Of a DNA stretch of 64,000 bases, positions 10,698-23,440 are shown piece by piece. The notes below the pieces were generated by a model that was not told the DNA's origin, ran no database searches, and saw only the letters and a list, made by a program, of their open reading frames with translations. The position numbers were made by a program, and so were the translations under genes. Position 1 is the stretch's first letter; the number at the start of each line of letters is the position of its first letter. Origin of the DNA: an uncultured Acidimicrobiaceae bacterium (GTDB lineage Bacteria; Actinomycetota; Acidimicrobiia; Acidimicrobiales; RAAP-2); contig CAWFKN010000002.1 in NCBI GenBank assembly GCA_963816405.1, positions 45,440-109,439 on the forward strand, in the 5' to 3' direction.

Positions 10698-11961
10698 ACG
10701 CGCTCCACGTCGGCGCCGAGCGACCGCAGCGTGCCCGCGAGGTCCTCGTAGCCACGGTCCACGTGCACGGCGTTCGCCGACCTCGGTCTCGCCGTCGGCC
10801 ACGAGCCCCGCGAGCACGAGCGCCGCGCCGGCGCGGACGTCCGTCGCGCGCACCTGGGCGCCCGTGAGCCGCTCGAGCCGCGGATGACCACGTGGTGGCC
10901 CTCGGTCGCGACCTCCGGCGCCGAGCTTGCGCGAGCTCGTCGACGTAGCGGAACCGCCCGTCGAAGAGGTTCTCGGTCACGACCGAGGTGCCGTCGGCGA
11001 CCGACAGCACCGAGACCAGCGAGCGGCTTGTAGTCCGTCGCCACCCCCGGGTACGGCAGCGTGGCCACGTCGCACGCGCGACGGGCGCGCGGGACCCTTC
11101 GCGGTCACGCCGCTCGTGGTCGACAGATCGCACCCGATCGTCGAGAGCTTGCGCAGGAGCGTCTCCATGTGCTCAGCGCGCGCGTCCGCGACGGCGACCT
11201 CGCCACCGGTGATCGCGGCGGCAGCGAGGTAGGTGGCCGCGACGACGCGGTCCGCCACGACGACGTGGTCCGCAGGGCGCAGCTGCTCGACGCCCTCGAT
11301 GACGAGCCGGGAGGTGCCGAGGCCGCTCACGGCCGCACCCATCTCGTTGAGGAGCGTGCAGAGGTCCTCGACCTCGGGCTCGCGCGCGGCATTGTCGAGC
11401 ACGGTCGTGCCCTCCGCGGTCACCGCCGCCATCAGGAGGTTGTCCGTGGCGGTGTGGCTCGGGTACTCGAGGGTGTGCCGCGCCCGCGGAGTCGCCCGGG
11501 CTCGCCCATCGTCGCCTCGATGACGCCGCCGCGCGACCCGCACGTCCGCCCCCATCGCGGTCAGCCCCTCGAGGTGGAAGTTCACCGGCCTCGTTCCGAA
11601 GTCGTCGCCGCCGGGCAGCGCGAGGCGTGCCTCGCCGCGCCGCGCGAGCAGCGGGCCGAGCACCACGATCGACGCGCGGAGCTGCTCCACGTGCTCGCGG
11701 GGGACCGTCGGACTCGAGCCGCGACGCCGACGGCACCCCGATCGACAGCGTGTGGTCGTCCGCCCAGTGCACCCGACAGCCGAGCTCGGCGAGCACCGCA
11801 CCCATCGTGTCCACGTCGGTGATACGTGGGACGTTGTGCAGCTGGTGCATGCCCTCGGCGAGCAGGCACGCGGCCATCTCCTTCAGCACTGCGTTCTTCG
11901 CGCCGTGCACGTGCACGGTCCCGTAGAGCGGTCCACCGCCGCGCACCACGAACCTGCTCAT
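10694..11961 (-). pseudogene. murA: UDP-N-acetylglucosamine 1-carboxyvinyltransferase, multiply frameshifted
   Basis: The N-terminus MSRFVVRGGGPLYGTVHVHGAKNAVLK, the middle LALPGGDDFGTRPVNFHLEGL...TATDNLLMAAV and the C-terminus VHVDRGYEDLAGTLRSLGADVERV lie in different frames. Confidence 0.85.
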
Positions 11962-12072
11962 CGGCCGAAGTATGGCCGCCACGACGCGGCAACCCAGCCG
12001 TTCGCGCGCGCAGGTGACCGGCGACGTTCGAGACCGAGAGCACCCCCTGCGACCCCAAAGTAAACTTCATCG

Positions 12073-13070
12073 ATGACCCCACTCCCCCAGCAGGCGCCCG
12101 ACCGCAACCTCGCCCTGGACCTCATCCGGGTGACCGAGGCTGCGGCGATGGCGTCGTCGAGGTTCATGGGCCGCGGGGACAAGAACGGGGCGGACGAGGC
12201 CGCAGTGAACGCGATGCGCACGGTCCTCGCCTCGGTGCCGATGGACGGCATGGTCGTGATCGGCGAGGGCGAGAAGGACGAGGCGCCGATGCTCTTCAAC
12301 GGGGAGCGGATCGGCGACGGCACCCCGCCACAGGTCGACATCGCGGTCGACCCGATCGAGGGCACGACGCTCGTCGCGAAGGGCCGGGGCGGCGCGCTCG
12401 CGGTCATCGCGCTCTCGGAGCGCGGCACGATGTTCGACCCGGGTCCGTGCGTCTACATGGAGAAGATCGCCGTCGGCCCGCGGGGTCGTGGGGCGATCTC
12501 CATCAAGAAGAGCCCGGCGGAGAACCTCGAGGCGCTCGCCGAGCAGCTCGAGCAGCCCGTACGCGACCTCATCGCGGTGATCTTGGAGCGTGACCGCCAC
12601 GACGCGCTCGTCGAGGAGGTGCGCGACGCGGGCGCGCGGGTCCGGCTGATCACCGACGGCGACGTCGCCGGGGCGATCTCGACGGCGTGGGCCGAGTCCG
12701 ACGGCGACATCCTCTTCGGCATCGGCGGCACGCCCGAGGGCGTGATCGCCGCCGCCGCGCTCAAGTGCCTCGGGGGCGAGATCCAGGGTCGCCTGTGGCC
12801 ACGCAACGACGACGAGCGGCGCGCGGCCGATCGGCGCTCGGCTACGACCTCGACAAGGTGCTCATGACCGACGACCTCGTCGGCGGCGACAACTGCTTCT
12901 TCTCGGCGACCGGCATCACCGATGGCGAGCTGCTTCGCGGCGTGCGGTTCCACGACCACGGCGCGACCACCCAGAGCCTCGTGATGCGCTCGCTGTCGGG
13001 GACCGTGCGCAAGGTCGACGGGTTCCACCGACTGGACAAGCTCCAGGAGATCAGCTCCGTCGCCTACTGA
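12073..13070 (+). pseudogene. glpX: class II fructose-1,6-bisphosphatase, one frameshift near 12825
   Basis: The GlpX-like sequence ([27 protein letters not shown]) runs in one frame up to ...DDERRAAD. It then continues as [15 protein letters not shown]...[14 protein letters not shown] in another frame. Confidence 0.85.
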
Positions 13071-13095
13071 GCGGCCCAGGCTCCCCTGCGGCCCG

Positions 13096-13148
13096 CTGGG
13101 CTGCTGGCTACTGGGCTGCTGGCTGCTGGCTACTGGGCTACTGGGCTG
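13096..13148. repeat. microsatellite-like block built from ctgggct(g/a) and ctggct units between glpX and atpC
   Basis: The block reads ctgggctgctggcta ctgggctgctggctgctggcta ctgggcta ctgggctg. It contains the inferred atpC stop (TAG, 13138-13140), and a second copy of gcccagtag follows. Confidence 0.75.
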
Positions 13149-13635
13149 CGGCGACGCCGGCGGCCTCGAGGCGGAGCTCCGCGCGGGCGAGCGCACGCTC
13201 GAGCGCGAGGCGCTCGATGCTCGGGGCGTCCTCGTCGTCGGCGGTGCCAGGGCAGTGATCGCCGCCTGGGCTGCGTCCCTCGCCGCCTGGGCACGTGCCG
13301 TGTCGATCACTGCGAGGGGCTCGGCGACGCCGGCGAGCAGCGTCACGCGCGTCGAGCGCTCCGTCGCGGTGGCGCCCTCCACGAGGCCGACCGCGGCACC
13401 GTCGTCGGTCGCGACCTGGACGAACCCGCCGTGCACGACGAACGAGGCGGAGGTCGTCGTCGACGAGGCTCGACGCGCACGACGCCTGCGACGACGTCGC
13501 CCACGAGCGCGGTGTGCCCGTTGAGCACGGTGAGGTCGCCCTCCGAGGTCCGCAGCACGACGCCCGCGGCCTCGCCGGCGAAGAGCAGCGACTCAGGTGT
13601 GAGGACCTCGACGCCGAAGCCCGACGCGTCGGCCA

Positions 13636-13636
<1 letters not shown>
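13138..13636 (-). pseudogene. atpC: F1 ATP synthase epsilon subunit, about 2 frameshifts
   Basis: VADASGFGVEVLTPESLLFAGEAAGVVLRTSEGDLTVLNGH, then FVQVATDDGAAV...VTLLAGVAEP..ID, then ...RLALERALARAELRLEAAGVAAAQ* lie in three frames. The GTG start shares one nt with the atpD stop. Confidence 0.75.
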
Positions 13637-15060
<1,424 letters not shown>

Positions 15061-15064
<4 letters not shown>

Positions 15065-15975
15065 GCATGCTCCTTTTCCTGTGCGCAGCGCCTCTGCGCC
15101 GCCCACGATCTCCATGATCTCGGTCGTGATCGAGTCCTGTCGGGCCCGGTTCACCATCGCGCGTGAGCGTGCGGGCCAGCTCGTCGGCGTTCTCCGTCGC
15201 CGCCGCCATCGCCCGCTGCTGGCTGGTGTGGAAGGCCGCGGCGCCCTCGAGCAGCGCGGTGAACAGCTCGGACTCGAGCGCTGCTGGCGCGAGCTCGGTC
15301 GAGCAGCTCCTCGACGTCCGGCTCGAACTCCGTGTAGCCCTTCGGCAGCGGTGGGCTCGGGCGTGGCCCGCCGACTCGTCGGGCTCTGGCAGCGGCAGGA
15401 GCTGACGCGTCTCGACGGCCTGGCTCGCCGCGGTGCGGAACCGCATCGACACGAGCAGGACCTGGTCGACCGAGCCGAGCGCGAACCCCGCGCCGGCGAC
15501 CTCGGCGACGTCGCGCGCGTCGGCGAAGGTCGGTCGGTCCGAGAAGCCCTGCAGGCTGTGGGCGACCTCGATGCCGCGGAACCTGAAGTAGGCCGTCGCC
15601 TTCTTGCCGACCGCGACGACGGCGACGGCCACGCCCGTGGCGCGAAGCCGCGACGACCTCCTGCTCGGCGGCGCGCAGCACCGACGAGTTGTAGGCGCCC
15701 GAGAGCCCACGGTCCCCGACGATGGCGACCACCAGGGCGCTGCGCGACGTGCTCGGGCGTCGCCGAGCAGCTTGGCGGCTGCGTCGGGGTCGCCGGCCGC
15801 GGCCTCGACGGATGAGCCGCGCCATGCCCTCGCGGTAGGGGCGGTTGGCGGCGATGCGGGTCTGGGCGCGGGCGATCTGGGACGCGGCGATGAGCTCCAT
15901 CGCCTTGGTGATCTTGCGCGTCGAGCGCACGCTCTTGATCCGCCGTCGGAGCTCGCGCTCCTTGCCGCCTGCCAC
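15061..15975 (-). pseudogene. atpG: F1 ATP synthase gamma subunit, multiply frameshifted
   Basis: The N-terminus [38 protein letters not shown], the middle [14 protein letters not shown]...[13 protein letters not shown] and the C-terminus [18 protein letters not shown] lie in different frames. The exact stop is uncertain; I assume a TGA overlapping the atpD ATG. Confidence 0.75.
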
Positions 15976-15985
15976 TGGTTCGGCC

Positions 15986-17512
15986 CTACTCGCCCGCGGC
16001 GTCGAAGCCCGAGCCGAAGGTCGTGAGCGCTGCGTCGAGGGCCGCGGTCTCGGGCAGCGTGCCCGTGTCGCGGATGTGCGCGAGCAGCTCCGGGTGCGAG
16101 GCGCGGAGGTACGCGAGCAGCTCGGTCTCGTAGCGGCGGACGTCGGCGACCGGCACGGCGTCGATCCAGCCCCTGGTCGCCGCGTAGATCACGACGACCT
16201 GCTCCTCGACGGGCACGGGCGCGTTGAGCGGCTGCTTGAGCAGCTCGGTCAGCCGGTAGCCGCGGTCGAGCTGGGCCTGGGAGGCCTTGTCGAGCTCTGA
16301 GCCGAACGTCGCGAAGCTCTCGAGGTCGCGGAACTGCGCGAGGTCGATCTTGAGCGTGCCGGCGACGGCCTGCATCGCCTTGATCTGGCGCCGCGCCGCC
16401 GACGCGCGAGACCGAGTTGCCGACGTCGATCGCCGGGCGCACGCCCGAGTAGAAGAGGTCGGACTGCAAGAACACCTGGCCGTCGGTGATCGAGATCACG
16501 TTGGTCGGGATGTACGCCGAGATGTCGCCCGCCTTGGTCTCGATGATCGGGAGCGCCGTGAGCGAGCCCGCCGCCGAGGGCGTCGGAGAGCTTGGCGGCG
16601 CGCTCGAGCAGGCGGCTGTGCAGGTAGAAGACGTCGCCGGGGTACGCCTCGCGGCCCGGCGGGCGCCGCAGCAGCAGCGAGATCTGGCGGTAGGCCTCGG
16701 CCTGCTTGGAGAGGTCGTCGTAGACGATCAGCGCGTGCTCGCCGTTCTCCATCCAGTGCTGGCCCATCGCGCACCCCGCGTAGGGGGCGAGGAACTTGTA
16801 CGGCGCGGGGTCCCCCGCAGACGCGAGGACGACGACGGTGTACTCGAAGGCGCCGGACTCCTCGAGGATCCGGACCGTCTGGGCGACCGAGCGAGTTCTT
16901 CTGGCCGACCGCGACGTAGATGCACTTCACGCCCTGGCCCTTCTGGTTCAGGATCGTGTCGATCGCGACGGTCGTCTTGCCGGTCTTGCGGTCACCGATG
17001 ATGAGCTCGCGCTGGCCGCGGCCGATCGGCGTCATCGAGTCGATCGCCTTGATGCCCGTCTGCAGGGGCTCGTGACACGGGCTGGCGGCCCGTGATGCCG
17101 GGCGCCTGGACCTCCATGCGGCGCGTGTGCGGTCGGACGCGATCGGGCCCTTGCCGTCGAGCGGCTCGCCGAGCGCGCTCACGACGCGCCCGAGCAGCTC
17201 GTCGCCGACGGGGATGGAGAGGATCCGGCCGGTCGCACGAACGACCTGCTCCTCCTCGATGCCGTCGACGCTGCCAAGGACGACCGCGCCGATCGGCTCC
17301 TCGTCGAGGTTCATGGCGAGGCCCACCGTGCCGTCCTCGAACTCCAGGAGCTCGTTGACCGCGACGCGAGGGAGCCCCGACACGCTCGCGATGCCGTCGC
17401 CGACCTCGATCACGCGCCCAACCTGCTCGGCGCCGACCTCGGGCGAGTACTCGTCGACGTGGCGCTTCAGCGCCTCGGTGATCTCGGTGGAGGTGATCGT
17501 CAACTCGGGCAT
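15986..17512 (-). pseudogene. atpA: F1 ATP synthase alpha subunit, at least 4 frameshifts
   Basis: The segments occupy three frames with repeated switches. In order they are MPELTITSTEITEALK...[120 protein letters not shown] and [13 protein letters not shown]. Confidence 0.88.
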
Positions 17513-18442
17513 CAGCCGGCTCCTTGCGTGTCGTTCGTGGTGTCGATGGCGCGCGTGGACCCGCGCTCCTTGGTGAGGTGCTCGCGGAACGCCTCGAGGC
17601 GCCCGCGGGCGGTCGCGTCGACGCGGACGTCGCCGACCTCGACGAGGACGCCGCCGAGCAGGTCGTCCTGGGTGTCGATCTCGAGCTCGACGGGTCGGCC
17701 GACAAGCGTGCGGAGCGAGACGGTCAGCCGCTCGCGCGTGGCGTCGTCGATCTCCCTCGCGGTCCAGACGCGTGCGACGCGCCAGCCGCGCTCGGCAGCG
17801 ACCACGTCGACCAGCCAGTCGAGCGTGCCGAGCAGGTCCCTCGGCCGCCCGCCGACGACGGCGTAGGTGGCGAGCCGCAGGGTGACCGGGTGGGCGCGAG
17901 CGCCGAGGAGGTCGTTCACGAGGTGCAGCCGCGTCGCCGTCGGCTGGTCGCGGTTCGTCAGCGCACGGCGCAGCGCAGGGCTGGACTGGATCGCTCGGGC
18001 CCAGTGGAAGAGGTCGTCCTCCACGCCGTCGAGGGTGGCGACGGGCACGTCCTCGAAGACCGCGGTGGCGTAGCCGCCGACGCGGCGCCGCGCGCCGAGG
18101 ACGGTCAGCGGGGGCTCCTCGAAGGTCCCGCCTTCGGCGGTGTCCCGTGCGCGCTGGGCCGCCTCGTTGAAGGCGGTCGGCACGTCAGGCGCCGGCGACG
18201 AGAACGCCGCGTAGGCCGCGATGCGCACCGCCGGTGCAGAGAGCTTGCCCTCGAGGAGGTCGGCGACGACGGCGCGGCGCGCCACGGGACGGATCGAGGG
18301 GTCCGTGAGCGCCGCGTGGAGCGCGGAGTCTGCGAGCGACGGTCATCTCGAGCGAGGTCAGCTCGTCGGCGACGCGTCGCTGCGCCGACGCGTCGAGCCC
18401 CACGAGCACCGCGGCCCCGTACCCCATGAGCGAGGAGTTCAT
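17512..18442 (-). pseudogene. atpH: F1 ATP synthase delta subunit (extended, about 310 aa), one frameshift near 18330
   Basis: The N-terminus MNSSLMGYGAAVLVGLDASAQRRVADELTSLE (ORF 18185..18442) continues in ORF 17512..18285. That ORF holds a complete OSCP-like domain (LRLATYAV...LLGGVLVEVGDVRVDATARGRL). The stop shares one nt with the atpA ATG. Confidence 0.8.
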
Positions 18443-18963
18443 TGAGGCTGTCCGGCGCCCTTCCGCGACTCCTCGTTGAGCGCGCTGATCGCCTGGTCGA
18501 TGAGCTCTCGGTGCGTCGACGCGTCGATCTCGCGGCCGACGATCTTGGCGACGACCTCGATCACCACCTCGCCGAGCCGCGACGCGGCCTCGTCGACGGC
18601 ACGCTGGCGCGCGACGGCGACGTCCGCCGCAGCGGCAGCGACGATCCTGTCGTACTCGGCCTGGGCCCTCGTCGCCGACTCGTCACGGAGCTGCTCGGCG
18701 GTCTGCTGGGCCATCGCCACGATCTCGCGCGCGTGCCCCCTCGCCTCGTCGAGCACCTGGTGGCGCTCGTCGTCGGCCGCCTCGGCCTCCTTGCGTGCGC
18801 GGTCCGCGCTCTCGAGGGAGCTGCGGATCTGCTCCTGGCGGTCCGCCATCGCCTTGTTGAGTGGCGGCAGCAGGTACTTGTAGAAGAGGAACACCAGGAT
18901 CAGCACGACGGCGAGCTCGACGAAGAACGTGCCGTTCGGGATCAGAAACAGGCTTGCGATCAT
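18439..18963 (-). CDS. atpF: Fo ATP synthase subunit b
   Basis: Intact 174 aa with one N-terminal TM helix followed by a long charged helix. It sits between atpE and atpH. Confidence 0.9.
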   Translation of the reverse strand: MIASLFLIPNGTFFVELAVVLILVFLFYKYLLPPLNKAMADRQEQIRSSLESADRARKEAEAADDERHQVLDEARGHAREIVAMAQQTAEQLRDESATRAQAEYDRIVAAAAADVAVARQRAVDEAASRLGEVVIEVVAKIVGREIDASTHRELIDQAISALNEESRKGAGQPQ

Positions 18964-19001
18964 TGTCTCAGGTGCTCCTCAGGTCCGTGGGAACGGTGGC
19001 T

Positions 19002-19265
19002 CTACTGCTTGGAGAAGACGTAGACGAACACGACCATGAACAGCAGGTTGATGAAGTACATGGCCTCCACCAGCCCGACCGTCAGGAAGAAGTACGTCCT
19101 CGCCTTCGACTCGACCTCTGGCTGACGGGCGATCGCCGCGATCGTCTGGGAGCCTGCGAGGCCGTCGCCGACCGCCGCGCCGATGGCGCCGCCGCCGAGG
19201 GCGAGCCCGCCGCCGACCAGAGCGCCCGCGCTGCGGATCGCCCCTTCCACCGTCTGTGATGCCAT
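19002..19265 (-). CDS. atpE: Fo ATP synthase subunit c
   Basis: An 87-aa hairpin protein with a Gly-rich helix 1 and the conserved carboxylate in GLVEAMYFI. Confidence 0.92.
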   Translation of the reverse strand: MASQTVEGAIRSAGALVGGGLALGGGAIGAAVGDGLAGSQTIAAIARQPEVESKARTYFFLTVGLVEAMYFINLLFMVVFVYVFSKQ

Positions 19266-19290
19266 GTGAATTCCTTCCTTGGTTGTCGAG

Positions 19291-20043
19291 CTAGTGGTCT
19301 TGGGCAGTCGCCATGCCCAGGTACATGATCGTGAGCAGGGCGAAGATCAGCGCCTGGATGCCGCCGATGAGGATCGAGTCGAACGGCTTCCAGATCGCGG
19401 TCCACAGCCCGGTCAGCACGGCGCCGCCGATCGAGCCCAGGATCTGGTCGCCCACGACAGCGACGACGACGATCATGAGGCCGCCGGCGAAGAGGTTCCC
19501 GAAGAGCCGGAACGTCAGCGTGATGGGCTTCGTGATCTCCTCGATGACGTTGATCGGGGTCATGAGCGCGAAGGGCTTCGTGTAGTGCTTGAAGTAGCCC
19601 CGGACGCCGCGCGTGCGAACGGCGTAGTAGTGGCAGAGCACGAAGACCATGACGGCCATGGCCGCGGGCAGGTTCACGTCCGAGGTCGGTGCCGGCAGCA
19701 GCTCGTTGCTGACGCCGACCTGGAGGGTGGAGGGCAGGAACTCGATCCAGTTGCAGACCAGGATGAAGAAGAACAGCATGACCCCGAGCGGGACGAACCG
19801 CTCCCCCGCGTCGCCCATCGAGGAGCTCGTGAGGTCCCGGATCTGTTCGACCAGCGTCTCGAAGAACAGCTGGAGCTTGCCGGGCACGCCCGAGGTGGCG
19901 GTCGCGCGCATCCGGAAGCCGAGCCCGAGCACGATCGCCGCCGCGACGAGCGTGGCGAAGATCACGTAGGTGTCGAGCGTGAGCCCGAAGAGCGTGAAGG
20001 TCGGCTGGTCGCCAACCGTGATGTGGCCCACCGCCAGCGTCAC
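19291..20043 (-). CDS. atpB: Fo ATP synthase subunit a
   Basis: A 250-aa polytopic protein with the [13 protein letters not shown] motif (the essential Arg region). Confidence 0.92.
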   Translation of the reverse strand: MTLAVGHITVGDQPTFTLFGLTLDTYVIFATLVAAAIVLGLGFRMRATATSGVPGKLQLFFETLVEQIRDLTSSSMGDAGERFVPLGVMLFFFILVCNWIEFLPSTLQVGVSNELLPAPTSDVNLPAAMAVMVFVLCHYYAVRTRGVRGYFKHYTKPFALMTPINVIEEITKPITLTFRLFGNLFAGGLMIVVVAVVGDQILGSIGGAVLTGLWTAIWKPFDSILIGGIQALIFALLTIMYLGMATAQDH

Positions 20044-20453
20044 CCCACGCCTCCTTGGGCGAGCATCGCCCGGACCACGTTCCCTACGAACGCGAGCTGG
20101 AAGAGCACCAGCCCGACAACGATACCGATCCCGAGCGGGGGCTCCACCACGACGAGGACGAGCACGACCGCGGTGATGACGGCAAGGCGCAGGATCGTCC
20201 GCGAGCCCACCATCCGCCGCAGCGCCTTGCGCGACGCGTCAGGGTCGACGTCCACGCGCGAGACCTGCCGGTCGATCGATCGGACGTTCAGGAAGCCGAT
20301 GGCGACACCCAGCGCGACGCCGCCCGCCGCGTAGGGCGGCGCGACGAGGATGGCGACGAGGAACCCTCCTGCACCGAGGATCACCGCCGACACGGTGAGC
20401 CGGCGCAGCAGCGACCGGAAGACGTCTGGCTCGAGGGCGCCAAGCACGTTCAC
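20040..20453 (-). CDS. atpI: ATP synthase protein I
   Basis: A 137-aa hydrophobic protein immediately upstream of atpB, with a 4-nt overlap. Confidence 0.7.
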   Translation of the reverse strand: MNVLGALEPDVFRSLLRRLTVSAVILGAGGFLVAILVAPPYAAGGVALGVAIGFLNVRSIDRQVSRVDVDPDASRKALRRMVGSRTILRLAVITAVVLVLVVVEPPLGIGIVVGLVLFQLAFVGNVVRAMLAQGGVG

Positions 20454-20460
20454 GGGCGCC

Positions 20461-20697
20461 TCACAGGTACCGCCGCACGAGCGCGACCGTCGTGGCCGTC
20501 GCGGCCACGCATCCGAGCACGAGCCCGATCACGAGGCACACCGGCGAGCTCTGGAGCTCGTCGTCCGCCCAGATGCCGAGCACGACGAACACCCCGATCG
20601 TGGCGGCGATGGTGGAGCCGAGCCCGAGGAACGCGGCGACGCCGGGGAGGTCTCGTGGGGGCGTCGACGGCTCGTGCTCGGGCGTCAAGGGCGGCAC
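20461..20697 (-). CDS. AtpZ/AtpI-family small membrane protein
   Basis: A 78-aa protein with two TM helices (AAFLGLGSTIAATIGVFVVLGIW, VCLVIGLVLGCVAATATTV). It is the first gene of the atp operon. Confidence 0.65.
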   Translation of the reverse strand: MPPLTPEHEPSTPPRDLPGVAAFLGLGSTIAATIGVFVVLGIWADDELQSSPVCLVIGLVLGCVAATATTVALVRRYL

Positions 20698-20766
20698 TGA
20701 CGGGAGGGATCACGGGGCTGCCTCAGGATCACGAGGCGGCTGATGGGCCGTCAGACACGGCAAAAA

Positions 20767-21927
20767 CTATTGCATCTCCCTGCGGGAACTGCCAATTGGC
20801 GGCGGGCCCTCGTCGACGGGCGCCTCATCAGCGGCGTTGCGCCTGAGGCCCGGGTGGAACCAGGTGTAGAGGGCCACGCCCATCGCCGGGACGGCGAACG
20901 GGATGAAGACGTTGACGCTGGTGTCGAAGACCGGGAAGAGCACCATGCCCGAGAGGAGCGCCGTCCACAGCCACAGGATCCCGACGGTGCGCCGGTGCCC
21001 GTGGCCGAGGCGGAGCAGCCGGTGGTGCACGTGGTCCTTGTCGGCGTTCTGGAAGCCCTTGCCCGAGGCGGTCCGACGGACGAACGCGAAGACCATGTCG
21101 ACGAGCGGGACGCCGAGGATGATGATCGGGATGAGCAGCGGGGCGAAGAAGAAGTACGTGACCCCGCTCGCAGGGTCCGAGTTGCCGCCGATCTCCATCG
21201 TGGCCGCACTCATGAGCACCCCCAACAGGAGCGCGCCGGCGTCGCCCATGAACAGCCGCGCAGGATGGAAGTTGGAGGGCAGGAACCCGAGGCAGATCCC
21301 GCACGTCGCGGCTGCGACCAGCGGGCCGATGTTCGTCGGCAAGAGGAGCCCCGCCTCCTCGAGCCGCAGCCCGTAGACGCACAGGGTGCCCGAGGCGATC
21401 GCCACGATCCCCGCGGCGAGCCCGTCGAGGCCGTCGATGAGGTTGATCGCGTTCGTGAGCGCGATCACCCACAGCGCGGTGATCAGCGGCAGGAAGCTCG
21501 AGCCGAGCGCGAGCAGCCCCTCGAAGGGGATCTTGAACCACAGCATCGTGACGCCGGCGAAGTACAGGACGCACGCAGCCAGCACCTGGCCGGCCATCTT
21601 CGCGGGCGCCGACATGTTGCGGTAGTCGTCGAGGAGCCCGACGCCCAGGATGACCGCGCACGCGAGCACGACGCCCATCACCTCGTAGTTCGAGACGAAC
21701 AGGTACCTGAGCGACGGGATGACGGCGGCCACCGCCACGGCGACGCACAACCCCGAGAACATCGCGACGCCACCGCCGTACGGGGTGATGCGCAGGTGCA
21801 CCGAGCGGTCGCTCGGCACGCTCACGTAGCCCACCTTGCGCGCGATCGCGCGCGCGGGACCGGCCAGCGCCGCCGTCGTCAACCCCGCGATCACCGCGAC
21901 GAGGGCGTACCAGCCGATCAGGTGCAT
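20767..21927 (-). CDS. wecA: polyprenyl-phosphate GlcNAc-1-phosphate transferase (MraY/WecA family)
   Basis: The real gene starts at MHLIGWY (ATG 21927) inside the longer ORF. Motifs are LLDDYRNMSAPAK, NAINLIDGLDGLAAG and FMGDAGALLLG. It holds the same position as rfe upstream of atp in mycobacteria. Confidence 0.88.
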   Translation of the reverse strand: MHLIGWYALVAVIAGLTTAALAGPARAIARKVGYVSVPSDRSVHLRITPYGGGVAMFSGLCVAVAVAAVIPSLRYLFVSNYEVMGVVLACAVILGVGLLDDYRNMSAPAKMAGQVLAACVLYFAGVTMLWFKIPFEGLLALGSSFLPLITALWVIALTNAINLIDGLDGLAAGIVAIASGTLCVYGLRLEEAGLLLPTNIGPLVAAATCGICLGFLPSNFHPARLFMGDAGALLLGVLMSAATMEIGGNSDPASGVTYFFFAPLLIPIIILGVPLVDMVFAFVRRTASGKGFQNADKDHVHHRLLRLGHGHRRTVGILWLWTALLSGMVLFPVFDTSVNVFIPFAVPAMGVALYTWFHPGLRRNAADEAPVDEGPPPIGSSRREMQ

Positions 21928-23234
21928 CAGGTGCCCTGCGCCGTGAGCGTCCTGTAGGGGTCGAAGGCCGAGCACAGCTCCCGGACCTCTGCTCGCACCT
22001 TGTCCTGCACGGCCTCGTCGGACCGCTCGCGCAGGGTGCGCGCGATCAGCGCGGCGATCCGCCGCATCTCGTCGGGGCCCATCCCTGCCGTCGTCTCCGC
22101 CGCGCTCCCGAGCCGAAGCCCCGACGTCACGAACGGGCTGCGCGGGTCGTCGGGGATCTGATTGCGGTTGAGCGTGATGCCAGCGAGGTCGAGGACCTCC
22201 TGTGCCATCTTGCCGGTCAGCTCGGCGTCGAAGTCGCGAAGGTCGAGGAGCAGCAGGTGGTTCTCGGTGCCACCCGTCACCGCGCGGAACCCCTCCTCGA
22301 CGAGCGCGCGGCCGAGGGCTTGGGCGTTCGACACGACGGCCGCGGCGTACTCGGCGAACGCCGGCGACTGGGCCTCCCTGAACGCGACGGCCTTCGCGGC
22401 AATCACGTGCTCGAGCGGTCCCCCTTGGAGTCCGGGGAACACCGCGGAGTCGATCGCCTTGGCGTGCTCGGCGCGGCACACGATCGCACCACCCCTCGGG
22501 CCTCGGAGCGTCTTGTGGGTCGTGAGCGTGACCACGTCGGCGTGGGGGACCGGGCTCGGGTGCACGCCGCCAGCGATGAGGCCCGCGACGTGCGCCATGT
22601 CGAACATCAACAGGGCGCCGACCTCGTCGGCGATCTCGCGGAAGGCCTCGGCCTCGATCACCCTCGGGTAGGCCGTCGCCCCGGCCACGATGAGTCGGGG
22701 GCGCTCGGCCTTGGCGCGGTCCCGCACCTGGTCGAAGTCGATCCGCTCGCCGGTACCGGGCCCGTCGACGTCGCGCGGCGTGACGCCGTAGTCGACGAAC
22801 CGCCAGAACCTCGACGTGATCGACGCCGGCGAGCCGTGCGTGAGGTGGCCGCCGTGGTCGAGGCGCATCGCGAGGATCGTGTCGCCCGGCTCGAGGAGCG
22901 CCTGGTAGGCCGCGAGGTTCGCATTCGCCCCCGCGTGCGGCTGCACGTTGGCGTGCTCGGCGCCGAAGAGGGTGGCGAGCCGCTCGCGGGCGAGGTCCTC
23001 GATCTCGTCGACCACGCGGTTGCCGCCGTAGTACCGGCGATGTGGATAGCCCTCCGAGTACTTGTTCGTGAGCACCGACCCGGTCGCCTCGAGGACCGCC
23101 GGCGAGGTGAAGTTCTCGCTCGCGATCAGCTGCAGCGTGCGCGTCTGGCGGTCGAGCTCCTCGGCAAGGAGCTCGGCAACCTCCGGATCGTCGCCGACGG
23201 ATTCGAACCTTGCGCTGCTCGTGGCTGCGTCCAC
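21927..23234 (-). CDS. glyA: serine hydroxymethyltransferase
   Basis: Intact 435 aa with [22 protein letters not shown] and [12 protein letters not shown] (PLP Lys). Confidence 0.95.
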   Translation of the reverse strand: MDAATSSARFESVGDDPEVAELLAEELDRQTRTLQLIASENFTSPAVLEATGSVLTNKYSEGYPHRRYYGGNRVVDEIEDLARERLATLFGAEHANVQPHAGANANLAAYQALLEPGDTILAMRLDHGGHLTHGSPASITSRFWRFVDYGVTPRDVDGPGTGERIDFDQVRDRAKAERPRLIVAGATAYPRVIEAEAFREIADEVGALLMFDMAHVAGLIAGGVHPSPVPHADVVTLTTHKTLRGPRGGAIVCRAEHAKAIDSAVFPGLQGGPLEHVIAAKAVAFREAQSPAFAEYAAAVVSNAQALGRALVEEGFRAVTGGTENHLLLLDLRDFDAELTGKMAQEVLDLAGITLNRNQIPDDPRSPFVTSGLRLGSAAETTAGMGPDEMRRIAALIARTLRERSDEAVQDKVRAEVRELCSAFDPYRTLTAQGT

Positions 23235-23440
23235 GGTCCTCCTAGTCCTCGATGCCGGACGCGCCGCAGCGATGCCGCGCGGTGGCCGGGTTGGCGGTGA
23301 CGAGATGCGGGCAGGCTGCTCCCTCGGCGCGCACCACGACGGGTCGCGGCGCGCCTCGCTGGTCCGACGCGAGGTCGATCCGCATCGGGAGCACCCTACC
23401 GTTCGGCGTTCGTCGTACCGGGTCCGTCGTACACTTCGGC

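Noticed and set aside
17512-18442. The ATP synthase delta subunit is about 310 aa, with an extra OSCP-N-like segment in front of a complete delta domain, which could be a novel fusion.
   Set aside because: Extended delta subunits or b-delta fusions are common in Actinomycetota (for example mycobacteria). The N-terminal part also contains a frameshift, so I cannot define the architecture reliably.
23235-23440. Assigning the glyA upstream structure to the ZTP (pfl) riboswitch class.
   Set aside because: I could not find the conserved GGGUCGUGACUGGCG or CCGCCUGGGC elements on either strand. Only generic GC-rich stems are present. It is reported as an unclassified candidate instead.
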